Shown here in pieces: positions 49,858-59,811 of a DNA stretch of 64,000 bases. The notes beneath the pieces were generated by a model. The model did not search any database, was not told the DNA's origin, and was given only the letters and a program-made list of their open reading frames with translations. Positions within the stretch are counted from its first letter, which is position 1, and each line of letters starts with the position of its first letter. Source of the stretch: an uncultured Actinomycetes bacterium (GTDB lineage: Bacteria; Actinomycetota; UBA4738; HRBIN12); assembly GCA_963790335.1 (NCBI GenBank), contig CAWBOB010000003.1:33825-97824 (forward strand), read 5' to 3'. The translations under genes were made by a program, and so were the position numbers.

Positions 49858-51520
49858 ATGGGTGACACCCCGATGTCATCTCCGCGACCTCTCTCTCCCG
49901 GCCGGTCGGTCGCCGTCGTCTGGCGAACCCTGCGCTCGATGCGCACCGCCCTCATCCTGCTGCTGCTGATCTCGCTCGCATCGGTCGCGGGGTCGCTGCT
50001 GCCCCAGCGGCCGAACAGCCCCGAGCGGGTGCTCGAGTACCGAGCGACGCACCCGTTCTGGGGAACGTTCTTCGACCGTGCCGGGTTGTTCGATGTCTTC
50101 GGGTCGTGGTGGTTCGTGCTCATCACGACGCTGCTGTTCGTGTCGCTCGTCGCGTGCCTCGTGCCTCGGACGCGCGCGCTCTGGCGGGCGCTGCGGACCC
50201 CGCCGGTGCAGGCTCGCGAGATCGACGCATTGCCCCGCTACGCCGAGGTGCGGGTCGCGTCGGCGCCCGAGGAAGCGATCGAGGCGGCCCGGCGGGTGCT
50301 GCGACGCATGCGCTTCCGCGTCGCGCGGGACCCGGCGGGCTCCGCGCTCGCCGCCGAGAAGGGGGTGTCGCGCGAGGTCGGAAGCCTCGCGTTCCATTGG
50401 GCGCTCATCCTGCTGCTCGCCGGCGTGCTGTACGGCAAGGGCACCGGGTTCAGCGGGCTCGTGGCCGTGGTGGAAGGTCAGACCTGGGTCGACGCCGAGG
50501 CGAACTACGACGGCACGATCCAGGCGGGCCGGTTCTTCGACGGGTTCACGGGCATCGGGATGCATCTGCGCGACTTCGAGAGCGAGTTCCGCGAGACGGG
50601 GCAGGCGATGGACTTCGTCTCGAGCGTGGACCTGCAGGCCCCCGACGGATCGATGCTCCGCCGCCAGGACATCCGCGTGAACGAGCCGGCGACGATCGAG
50701 GGGCTGTGGATCTACCAGTCGGGGTTCGGCTGGGCGCCCGTGATCGAGGTGACCGACGACGGTGAGGTCGTCTCGTCGGGACCGGTGGTGATGGATCGCG
50801 ACCCCGCGCCCGAAGGCGTCGTCGAGTTCGCGATGCCGTGGCGCGGGGTGGTGAAGCTACCGGGGGGTGGGGCCGACGGCACCGACCGCGCCATCGAGCT
50901 GGAGCTCTGGCCCGACAGCCGGGCGTTCGCGGCGCTGCTCGATCCCGCCGCCGAGCCGCAGGCGATGCTCGTGGAGTTCGATCCGATCGTGCGGTTCACC
51001 GTCTGGGAAGGCCCGCTCACCGATCTCGCCACGAACCGGCTCGACACCGCCGCCATGCGCCAGGTCTCGACCGGCATCGTGGGCGGCGGGCGGTCGGCGG
51101 ACCTCGACACCGGCGCCTCGCTCGACGCGTCCGGACGATGGGCCCGACTCCGGCTCGACGATCACCTTCAGCGAGCTGCGGCAGTACTCCGTCTTCCAGG
51201 TGGCGCGAGACGCCGGACTTCCGCTCGTGCTGGCCGCCGCTATCCTCATCCTCGTGGGACTGCTCCCGGCCCTCTATAGCTCGCGGCGCAAGGTGTGGGT
51301 GCGCGCCGACCCCCACGGCTCGGGGTCGTTGCTGCGCATGGGCGGACTCGCGATGCAGCGCAAACCGCAGTTCGAGGAAGCGTTCGCGCGCCTCGTCACG
51401 GCCGTCGCCACGGCGGCGGGAGGGCCGGCGGCGCCGACGGACCACCCGGGCGATGAACACCAGCCGGGTGACGATGGCGCGCCGCGAGCCCGCGAGGACG
51501 AGAGGGTGCAGACGCCGTGA
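49858..51520 (+). CDS. resB: Cytochrome c biogenesis protein ResB (frameshift near 51135)
   Basis: LRSMRTALILL, PQRP, SWWF, FHW, IRVNEP; C-terminal TM and RRKVWVR in the second frame. Confidence 0.9.
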
Positions 51521-52491
51521 CCGACCTGCAATGGGCCCGCGTCTCCAACGACGCGTTCAACGTGGCGCTGTTCGCCTACATCGCCGCCATGGTCGGGTAC
51601 TTCGTGCACATGTCCTTCCGGCGCGGCACGGTCTACACGATCGCTCGCGCCGTGGCGGTCGTGGGTGTCGCGGCGAACCTCGTCTCGGTGCTGGCACGGG
51701 GATTCGCCGCCGATCGGGTGCCCTGGGGCAACATGTACGAGTACTCGTCGGTGCTGGCGTTGCTCGTGGTCATGGGTGCTCTCGTCGTGATCGAAGGCGT
51801 CTACGGCGTGCGATCGCTCACCGGGTTCGCCCTCATGTTCAGCGTGCTCACGATGGCGGTCGCGGTGTCGTTCCTCTACGTCGGGCCCGGACCGCTCGTG
51901 CCCGCGCTCGATTCCTACTGGATCAAGATCCACGTGCAGGCCGCGATCTGGGGGTCGTCGCTGTTCGCGCTCGGTGGCATCGCGACGATCGCCTACCTCG
52001 TCGTCGAGCGTTCCGAGCGCCGGAAGCTCGCAAGGCTCGCCACGCAGACCCCGCCGCCGATCATGGGCGGCTCGATCGACCTCGGCGACGCCGATGCCCG
52101 CGCCGCGGCCGCGCCTGCCGACCTCGTGCCCGACCCTGCCGAGGACGTGCAGACGCTCGTCGCCCGTCGCCGGCTGGTGCCGTCGGCCGCCGGGCTCGAC
52201 CGGTTGGCCTACCGCCTCATCGCGCTCGCCTTCCCGATCTGGACGTTCGCGGTGATCGCGGGCGCCATCTGGGCTCAGAACGCGTGGGGCCGCTACTGGG
52301 GCTGGGACCCCAAGGAGACCTGGTCGTTCATCACGTGGGTGATCTTCGCGGGCTACCTGCATGCGCGCGCCACCAGCGGCTGGAAGGGTCGCCGCGCGGC
52401 CGTGATCGCGCTCGTCGGGTTCGCGTCACTGCTGGTCACGTACTACGCGGTGAACCTGTTCATCGTGGGGCTGCACAGCTATGCGAAGTGA
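51517..52491 (+). CDS. ccsB: Cytochrome c biogenesis heme lyase CcsB/ResC
   Basis: PWGNMYE, WIKIHV, WGRYWGWDPKETW, GLHSYA. Confidence 0.95.
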   Translation: MTDLQWARVSNDAFNVALFAYIAAMVGYFVHMSFRRGTVYTIARAVAVVGVAANLVSVLARGFAADRVPWGNMYEYSSVLALLVVMGALVVIEGVYGVRSLTGFALMFSVLTMAVAVSFLYVGPGPLVPALDSYWIKIHVQAAIWGSSLFALGGIATIAYLVVERSERRKLARLATQTPPPIMGGSIDLGDADARAAAAPADLVPDPAEDVQTLVARRRLVPSAAGLDRLAYRLIALAFPIWTFAVIAGAIWAQNAWGRYWGWDPKETWSFITWVIFAGYLHARATSGWKGRRAAVIALVGFASLLVTYYAVNLFIVGLHSYAK

Positions 52492-52588
52492 CGCCGGTGG
52501 GGGATCGGGCGGCGCAGAGCCCGGTGATACAGTGCGCGCGTTCCGGCACGTGAACGGCCGAGTCGGCGGGGGTAAGGAGCAGGCGATC

Positions 52589-53680
52589 GTGCGGAAGAAG
52601 GCGCTGTGCACCCTCGGCCTGGTTGCCGTGGGATCGCTGCTCGCGGCATGCGCGCCCAATGCCACCCAGGACACGCTGAAACCAGTCGGCGAGGTCGCGA
52701 AGCAGCAGAAGGCGCTCTTCGTGCCGGTGTTCTGGGTGGCCGTCGGTGTCTTCGTGGTCGTGCAGGGAGGCATCTTGTTCATCGCGATGCGGTACCGGCA
52801 CCGCAAGGGTCACGAACGCATGCCGAAGCAGACCCACGGCAACACGCGGCTCGAGATCGGTTGGACCATCGCCCCGGCGGTCGTGCTCGCGGTCGTCACG
52901 GTGCCCACGATCTCGCTGCTATGGGAACTCGCTCGGCCGCCCGCCGACGACGCGCTGAACATCACCGTCGAGGGCTACCAGTGGTGGTGGGGGTTCGTCT
53001 ACCCCGACGACGAGATGACGACCGAGTGGGACGCTCCGATCACCACCGCCGACACCCTCGTGGTGCCCACCGGGCGTGAGATCTATCTCTCGCTCGAGGC
53101 GAAGGGTGGCGCCGCCAAGGATGCGAACGGCGACCCCGACTTCCAGGTGATCCACTCCTTCTGGGTGCCGGAGCTCTTCGGCAAGCAGGACGTCATGCCC
53201 GGGCAGACCAATCACATCCTGTTCAGCGTCGACACGCCCGGGCTCTACACGGGGCAGTGCGCGGAGTTCTGCGGGTTGCAGCACGGCCTCATGAAGCTCG
53301 AGGTCGTGGCGCTCGAGCCCGCCGACTGGGAAGCCTGGGTCGCGAACCAGAAGACCGAGGCGCCCGCCCCGACCGACCCCCTGGCTCAGCGGGGCCGGGA
53401 GCTCTTCCTGAACCCGTTGAGCGAAGGCCGCGGAAGCTGCACCGCGTGTCACGCGATCGGGTCGGAGCCGGGCGGAGCGGCGGCGCCGAACCTGACGCAC
53501 TTCGCCGACCCGTCGCACACGTGCTTCGCCGGCTGCAACTGGAGGACGACCGATCGTGAGGCGCTGGCGGCGTGGATCGAGAACCCCGACGCCGTGAAGC
53601 TCGGCGCCAAGATGCCCGACTACGGTCTCGAGCCCGATGAGATCGATGCGATCGTGGCCTACCTGTACACGCTGACGTGA
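52589..53680 (+). CDS. ctaC: Cytochrome c oxidase subunit II with fused cytochrome c (caa3)
   Basis: LAAC lipobox, LEIGWT, HSFWVP, CAEFCGLQHGLM (CuA), CTACH, KMP. Confidence 0.95.
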   Translation: MRKKALCTLGLVAVGSLLAACAPNATQDTLKPVGEVAKQQKALFVPVFWVAVGVFVVVQGGILFIAMRYRHRKGHERMPKQTHGNTRLEIGWTIAPAVVLAVVTVPTISLLWELARPPADDALNITVEGYQWWWGFVYPDDEMTTEWDAPITTADTLVVPTGREIYLSLEAKGGAAKDANGDPDFQVIHSFWVPELFGKQDVMPGQTNHILFSVDTPGLYTGQCAEFCGLQHGLMKLEVVALEPADWEAWVANQKTEAPAPTDPLAQRGRELFLNPLSEGRGSCTACHAIGSEPGGAAAPNLTHFADPSHTCFAGCNWRTTDREALAAWIENPDAVKLGAKMPDYGLEPDEIDAIVAYLYTLT

Positions 53681-53699
53681 TGGAGGAGACCACCCGACC

Positions 53700-55580
53700 A
53701 TGGCCAGTGTGAGCGTCGCCTCGGGCGGTCGTCTGTCGGCCCGCCGACCCATGAAGCTCACCGGCTTCTGGAGCTGGTTCACGACGGTGGACCACAAGAA
53801 GATCGGCATCATGTACGGGGTCTCGGCGTTCGTGTTCTTCATCGTCGGCGGCCTCGAGGCCCTGCTGATCCGGGCGCAGCTCGCCCAGCCCGACGGCACG
53901 CTGCTCAACGCCGATCAGTACAACCAGATCTTCACGATGCACGGCATCACGATGATCTTCCTGTTCGTCATGCCGATGTCGGCGGCGTTCTTCAACTACA
54001 TGATCCCGCTGATGGTTGGGGCGCGCGATGTCGCATTCCCGCGACTGAACGCCTACAGCTTCTGGGTGTTCCTGGCCGGCGGCCTCTTCCTGTACTCGAG
54101 CCCGTTCCTCGGCGGCGCGCCCAACGGCGGATGGTTCGGGTACGCGCCGAACTCCACCACCGACCCGTCGATCGGCATGACGTTCTACGCCCTCGGGCTG
54201 CTGATCACGGGCATCGCGTCGACCGCCGGCGCGGTGAACCTCGCGGTCACGGTCGTGAACATGCGCGCGCCGGGCATGACGTTGTTCCGCATGCCGCCGT
54301 TCGTCTGGATGGGCCTCGTGGTGCAGTTCTTGCTCGTGTTCTCGCTGCCGATCATCACGGTTGCGCTGTTCCAGCTGCTGTTCGACCGACGCTGGGACAC
54401 CGCGTTCTTCGACCCGACGCGGGGTGGTCAGCCGATCCTCTGGCAGCACCTGTTCTGGCTCTTCGGCCATCCCGAGGTCTACATCCTGATCCTGCCGGCG
54501 TTCGGCATCATCAGCGAGATCCTGCCGGTCTTCAGCCGTAAGCCCCTGTTCGGGTATCAGTTCGTGGTCTTCTCCGGCATCGCGATCGGGTTCATCGGGT
54601 TCGGCGTGTGGGCCCACCACATGTTCGCGGCCGGGCTCGGGCCGGTGGCCAACACGGCGTTCGGTGTCTCGACCGCGATCATCGCGATCCCCACCGGGGT
54701 GAAGATCTTCAACTGGATGGGCACGATGTACGGGGGTGACATCAAGTTCGCCTCGCCCATGCTCTACGCCGTCGGCGCGGTGATGATGTTCGTGATCGGC
54801 GGTCTGTCGGGGGTCACCCATGCCATCGTGCCGAGCGACTACCAGCAGACCGACACGTACTACATCGTCGCGCACTTCCACTACGTGATCTTCGGCGGCG
54901 GGGTCTTCGGCATCTTCGCCGGCCTCTTCTACTGGTGGCCCAAGATCTTCGGTCGCGCGCTCGGCGAGGCGTTGGGCAAGGTGCAGTTCTGGCTCATGAT
55001 CGTCGGGTTCAACCTGGCGTTCGGTCCGATGCACGTCCTCGGGCTCCAGGGCATGATCCGCCGCGAGTACACCTACCCGGAGTCGCTCGGACTCACGTTC
55101 TGGAACCAGATCTCGACGGTCGGCGCGTTCCTGATCGCGCTGTCGGTGGCCATGTTCCTCGTGAACGTGGTCCGGACGCATCTGAAGCCCCGAAGCGAGG
55201 TCGTCGAGGATCCCTGGGATGCGCGCACGCTCGAGTGGATGACATCGAGCCCGCCCCCCGTGCACAACTTCGACGAGATCCCGACCGTGCACGCGCTCGA
55301 CGAGTTCTGGCACCGCAAGTACGTGGAGGACGAACGCAGCGGCAGACTCGTGCCCGCGCAGGCGGGCGCGTCGGACGATCCTCACGCCGATCACGAAGGC
55401 GGCGGTCACGGGGCGATCCACCTTCCGAGCCCGTCGTACTGGCCGCTCGTCTCGGGCCTCGGCCTGCCGATCATGGCCTACGGCGTGCTGTACTCGTGGT
55501 GGCTCATCGGGGCAGGGGCGCTCGTCGCGCTGATCGGGTTCTACGGCTGGGCGCTCGAGCCGTCGGTGGCGGAGGAGTAG
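53700..55580 (+). CDS. ctaD: Cytochrome c oxidase subunit I (A1 type)
   Basis: DHKKIG, FGHPEVY, WAHHM, AHFHY. Confidence 0.98.
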   Translation: MASVSVASGGRLSARRPMKLTGFWSWFTTVDHKKIGIMYGVSAFVFFIVGGLEALLIRAQLAQPDGTLLNADQYNQIFTMHGITMIFLFVMPMSAAFFNYMIPLMVGARDVAFPRLNAYSFWVFLAGGLFLYSSPFLGGAPNGGWFGYAPNSTTDPSIGMTFYALGLLITGIASTAGAVNLAVTVVNMRAPGMTLFRMPPFVWMGLVVQFLLVFSLPIITVALFQLLFDRRWDTAFFDPTRGGQPILWQHLFWLFGHPEVYILILPAFGIISEILPVFSRKPLFGYQFVVFSGIAIGFIGFGVWAHHMFAAGLGPVANTAFGVSTAIIAIPTGVKIFNWMGTMYGGDIKFASPMLYAVGAVMMFVIGGLSGVTHAIVPSDYQQTDTYYIVAHFHYVIFGGGVFGIFAGLFYWWPKIFGRALGEALGKVQFWLMIVGFNLAFGPMHVLGLQGMIRREYTYPESLGLTFWNQISTVGAFLIALSVAMFLVNVVRTHLKPRSEVVEDPWDARTLEWMTSSPPPVHNFDEIPTVHALDEFWHRKYVEDERSGRLVPAQAGASDDPHADHEGGGHGAIHLPSPSYWPLVSGLGLPIMAYGVLYSWWLIGAGALVALIGFYGWALEPSVAEE

Positions 55581-55586
55581 GAGACC

Positions 55587-56225
55587 GTGAGCGACCTCGC
55601 CATCACCTCCGGCCACGACGGCGCCGCAGCGCACGACGAGCACGCGACCACCACGGGCCTGCCCAACACCAAGCTCGCGATGTGGATGTTCCTCTCGTCG
55701 GAATGCATGTTGTTCGGCGCGCTCATCAGCACGTACGTGCTCTACCGGGGGTCGAGCATGACGGGCCCGTACCCGGCCGACGTCTTCGACATCCCGTACA
55801 CGTCGGTCTCGTCGTTCGTGCTGCTTGCGTCGTCGCTCACGATGGTGCTGGCGCTCGCGTCGGCGCAGAAGCGCGACGTCGTGCGCATGCGACTGTGGCT
55901 GCTCGCGACCGCGATGCTCGGCCTCACGTTCGTCGGCGGCCAGGTCTACGAGTTCACGACCTTCTACGACGAGGGCTTGTCGATCACCACGAACCTGTTC
56001 GGCACGACGTTCTACGTGCTGACCGGCTTCCACGGGGTACACGTGACGGTCGGCATCCTCATGCTGCTGTCGCTCGTGGGCATGTCGACCGCCGACCGCC
56101 TGCCCGACGACGCCGCGTTCCCGGTCGAGATGGTGGGCCTGTACTGGCACTTCGTCGACATCGTGTGGATCATCATCTTCACGGTCGTGTACCTGATCCC
56201 GACGCCCGCGCCGGCAGGGACCTGA
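55587..56225 (+). CDS. ctaE: Cytochrome c oxidase subunit III
   Basis: FLSSE, TGFHGVHV, YWHFVDIVW. Confidence 0.95.
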   Translation: MSDLAITSGHDGAAAHDEHATTTGLPNTKLAMWMFLSSECMLFGALISTYVLYRGSSMTGPYPADVFDIPYTSVSSFVLLASSLTMVLALASAQKRDVVRMRLWLLATAMLGLTFVGGQVYEFTTFYDEGLSITTNLFGTTFYVLTGFHGVHVTVGILMLLSLVGMSTADRLPDDAAFPVEMVGLYWHFVDIVWIIIFTVVYLIPTPAPAGT

Positions 56226-56235
56226 GGAGGCGAGG

Positions 56236-56569
56236 GTGACCGACATCGAGACCGACGCGCACGCGGGGCACCCGGCGGCCGCGTCAGCACGCCTCGCACC
56301 CCAGCCCCAAGGAGTACGTGCGCATCGGCTTGATCCTCGGCGTGCTGACGGCGCTCGAGGTCGCCACCTACTACGTCGACGTCGGCGCGCTGCTCGTTCC
56401 CACGTTGTTCGGGCTCGCGATCGTGAAGTTCGCGCTCGTCGTGATGTGGTTCATGCACCTGAAGTTCGACAGCCCCACCTACGCGCGGTACTTCCTGATG
56501 GGGCTCGCCGGCGCGGCCACCCTGTACCTCGTGGTGCTGATCCTGTTCCGGGTCTTCGCGGTGGAGTAG
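56236..56569 (+). CDS. ctaF: Cytochrome c oxidase subunit IV (frameshift near 56285)
   Basis: HPSPKEYVRIG, LTALEV, KFALVVMWFMHLKFD. Confidence 0.88.
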
Positions 56570-56575
56570 GCGAGC

Positions 56576-57406
56576 GTGCGTCTTCCTCCCTGGCACCTGC
56601 ATCCCGACGTCTGGCTGTTGTTCGGTTCGATCGTCGCCGCGTACCTCATCGCCGCTCGCAGGCATCTGGCGGCGACCGGCGAGCCGACGCCCAGGCGCAA
56701 GAAGGGATTGTTCCTCGGGGGCATGGCCGTGCTCTGGATCGGTGCCGACTGGCCCGTGCACGACCTGGCCGAGGGCTACCTGTACCTCATGCACATGACC
56801 CAGCACCTGCTGTTCACGCTGATCGCGGCTCCGCTGCTGATCGCCGGCATGCCCGCCTTCATGCTCCGGGCGCTGCTGTCACCGAGGCCGGTGCGGCGGG
56901 TGTTCCGGTTCTTCACGCGTCCGCTCGTGGCGCTGCTGCTGTTCAACGGCGTGCTGCTGTTCACGCACTGGCCCGCGGTGGTGGAAGCGTCGGTGGGCTC
57001 GGAGCCGGTGCACCTGGCGCTGCACGTGCTGATCGTGACGTCGGCCCTCGTGATGTGGTGGCCGGTGATGTCGCCGCTTCCGGAGATGCCGTCGCTGTCG
57101 GCACCGGGGCAGATGATCTACCTGTTCCTGCAGTCGCTCGCGCCGACGATCCCGGCGTCGTTCCTGACGTTCGGGCACACGCCGCTGTATCCGGTGTACG
57201 CCACGTTCCCTCGCATCTGGGGCGTGCCGGCGCTCGAGGACCAGCTCATCGCCGGACTGATCATGAAGCTCGGCGGCGGCCTGCTGCTGTGGGGCGTGAT
57301 CGCGGTGATCTTCTTCCGGTGGTTCGAGCGGGAGCAGCGCGACGGTCTCGATACGTCGGCCTATCAGAACCTGCAGCGGGAGATCGGCGCGGAGATGGGC
57401 CGATGA
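56576..57406 (+). CDS. ctaG: caa3-type oxidase assembly factor CtaG
   Basis: HMTQHLL, HWP, DQLIAGLIMK. Confidence 0.9.
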   Translation: MRLPPWHLHPDVWLLFGSIVAAYLIAARRHLAATGEPTPRRKKGLFLGGMAVLWIGADWPVHDLAEGYLYLMHMTQHLLFTLIAAPLLIAGMPAFMLRALLSPRPVRRVFRFFTRPLVALLLFNGVLLFTHWPAVVEASVGSEPVHLALHVLIVTSALVMWWPVMSPLPEMPSLSAPGQMIYLFLQSLAPTIPASFLTFGHTPLYPVYATFPRIWGVPALEDQLIAGLIMKLGGGLLLWGVIAVIFFRWFEREQRDGLDTSAYQNLQREIGAEMGR

Positions 57407-57449
57407 GGGCTTCGACCTGTCCCCCGAGCACGAGGAGTGAGCGAGTCGC

Positions 57450-58740
57450 ATGAGTGACGGCAAGAACCGGCAGAGCCTGCTGCTGCCGATCCTGATCCCC
57501 GTCGGCGCGCTGGCGCTGATCGCGCTGGTGCTCATCGGGTTCTCGCGCGTGCTGCTCGCGATCTCACACAACGCCGCGACCGTCGTGGCCCTGGTCGCCG
57601 CCGCGGGCATCGTGGGCGTCGCCGCGTGGGTGGCGTCACGCAAGCGCGTCACCGGCTCCACGTTGTTCTCGATGGTCGCCGCCATGACCGGCATCGCGAT
57701 GGTCGCAGGAGGGCTCGCGGTGGTCGCCGCGCCGCTGCAGCACGGAGGCGAGGAAGAGCCGGGAGTCGTCGTGGCGCCTGGCGGCGCCCGAGGGCGCGGC
57801 CGCCGAGGGCTTCTCGCCCGATGCGCTCGACGTGCCGAGCGACGAGGCGTTCACGATCGAGTTCGACAACGCCGACCCCGCCGTCCAGCACAACGTCGTG
57901 ATCTTCGACGGCCCCGATGCCGAGTCGCCGTCGCTGTTCGCCGGTGCCGTGGTGACCGGCCCGGCGAAGCCCGAGTACGCGATCGAGCCGCTCGCCGAGG
58001 GCGAGTACTTCTTCAACTGCGAGATCCACCCGACCACGATGACCGGCACCATGACGGCCGCGCCCGGCGGCGGGGAAGGTGGCGGCGAAGGTGTGACCGT
58101 CGCCGCCGCCGCGTTGGAGTTCGACACCGACACGATCGAGCTGCCGGCCGAGACGCCAACGACGATCACGTTCGACAATCAGGAAGCCGGGGTCCCGCAC
58201 AACATCGCGATCTACGCAGACGACTCGCTCGCCGAGGTGCTGTTCCAGGGCGAGGTCGTGACCGGACCGATCACCGCTCCGTACGACGTGCCCGCGCTGC
58301 CCGAGGGCGAGTACTTCTTCCAGTGCGACGTGCATCCCACGATGACCGGCACCGTCGTCGTGGCCGCGGGAGGAGGCGGGGGCGGGGAGGAGCCACCACC
58401 CGACGAGGGCGGTGGAGGCGAGGAGCCACCGCCCGATGAAGGCGGCGGAGGGGCCACGGCAACGGCCTCGGTCGCCGCCGAGAACACGGCGTTCAACCCG
58501 ACCACCCTGTCGTGGGCCGCCGATACCCAGGTCGCCCTGACGTTCGACAACCGTGATCCGGCCGACGTCGCCGGTCAGCACAACGTGTCGATCTACGACG
58601 GCGACACGGCGGTGTTCCAGGGCGAGCTGGTCTCCGGTCCGACCAGCGTCGAGTACACGATCCCACCCATGCAAGCGGGCACCTTCGAGTTCCGGTGCGA
58701 CGTGCATCCCGAGATGATCGGAACGGTCGAGGTCACGTGA
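57450..58740 (+). CDS. Membrane-anchored triple cupredoxin-domain protein (frameshift near 57775)
   Basis: Three N-terminal TMs, then three HN...C-x2-HP-x1-2-M domains (CEIHPTTM, CDVHPTM, CDVHPEM). Confidence 0.85.
58381..58450 (+). repeat. Coding tandem repeat (GGEEPPPDEGG x2, 33-bp unit)
   Basis: Linker between cupredoxin domains 2 and 3. Confidence 0.7.
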
Positions 58741-59362
58741 GCACGCCGGTCGGCGCACCGGCGACGGGCGCCGACACGCCCTCGGAGCCACCGCCGCGCC
58801 GCCGGTACGGGAAGGCCATGCTCCTCGTCGTGTTCGTGGTGGTCGCCGCAGGGATCGCCGCCTACGTGTCTCGCCCCGCTTCCGACCCCCGTCGGGAGGG
58901 TGGCGTCGCGGTGCTCGACACACCGTTCCCGGGCCTTCAGGGCGAGGCCGTCGTCGGACCCGACGTCGACACCGCCTCGATGGATTGGTCGGTGCTCGTC
59001 GTCAACGTCTGGGCGACCTGGTGCCTGCCGTGCCGGGAAGAGCAGCCCGCGCTGCTGGCACGTGCAGCAGGAATACGCCGACAGCGGCGTGGACGTTCGT
59101 CGGCATCGACTACCGTGACGACCGTGCGGCGGCCGAGCGCTGGGTCGAGGATTTCGACGTGAGCTATCCGAGCCTCTTCGACCCCGACGGGCGCACGGCC
59201 GTCACGCTCGACTACCCGTTCGTTCCAGACACGTTCCTCGTGGACGCGGCGGGCACGACGCGCTACGCCATCTACGGCGAAACGAGCGCCGAGGAACTGT
59301 CGCGCCTGATCGACGACCTCCTCAGGGAGCAGGGGAACGCGGTCGATACTCCCGGCGGATGA
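58737..59362 (+). CDS. TlpA/ResA-like thiol-disulfide oxidoreductase (frameshifted)
   Basis: TM anchor, VVNVWATWCLPCREE, YPSLFDP, VPDTFLVD. Confidence 0.88.
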
Positions 59363-59811
59363 GCTCCCTGGCCGACGTGCTCTCGACGATCTCGGATCTG
59401 CTGTGGGCTCCCGCCGACTACCTGTTGCACCGTCCGCCGAAACCAGATCCGCGTGAGTGGCTGGCCGACTTCCTCGACGACGTGGCAACCAGGTTCGCGG
59501 ATGAAGGGGTCCGCCGCACGACGGACCCGACGGTCATCATGCTTGACGATTCATCGTTGACCGGCCGGATGGTCGATGACATCCCCTCGCAGGACGAGAC
59601 GCAGGGTTCCGCCACGGGAGGGGTCGAACGGATCGCATCCGGTCCCGGTTGGGCGTTCACGATCGAGTCTGGTTCGTGGACAACCGTCGAGAGGCTCACC
59701 CAGATACTCGACGCAGAGCTGGAAGAAATGGGACAGCAGGCGAGCGAATCCAGTGCGCGTGGCTACCAGATCGCGTCGAGGGCGACGGCTCCGAACAGCG
59801 TCGCCAAGTAG
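59359..59811 (+). CDS. Hypothetical protein
   Basis: ATGA overlap with the upstream gene; 3' end overlaps the convergent ctaB part by 49 bp. Confidence 0.45.
   Translation: MSSLADVLSTISDLLWAPADYLLHRPPKPDPREWLADFLDDVATRFADEGVRRTTDPTVIMLDDSSLTGRMVDDIPSQDETQGSATGGVERIASGPGWAFTIESGSWTTVERLTQILDAELEEMGQQASESSARGYQIASRATAPNSVAK

Noticed and set aside
53289-56246. Long antisense ORFs (e.g. 985 aa here; also 13452..15761 and 18247..20307)
   Set aside because: High-GC shadow frames opposite well-supported genes.
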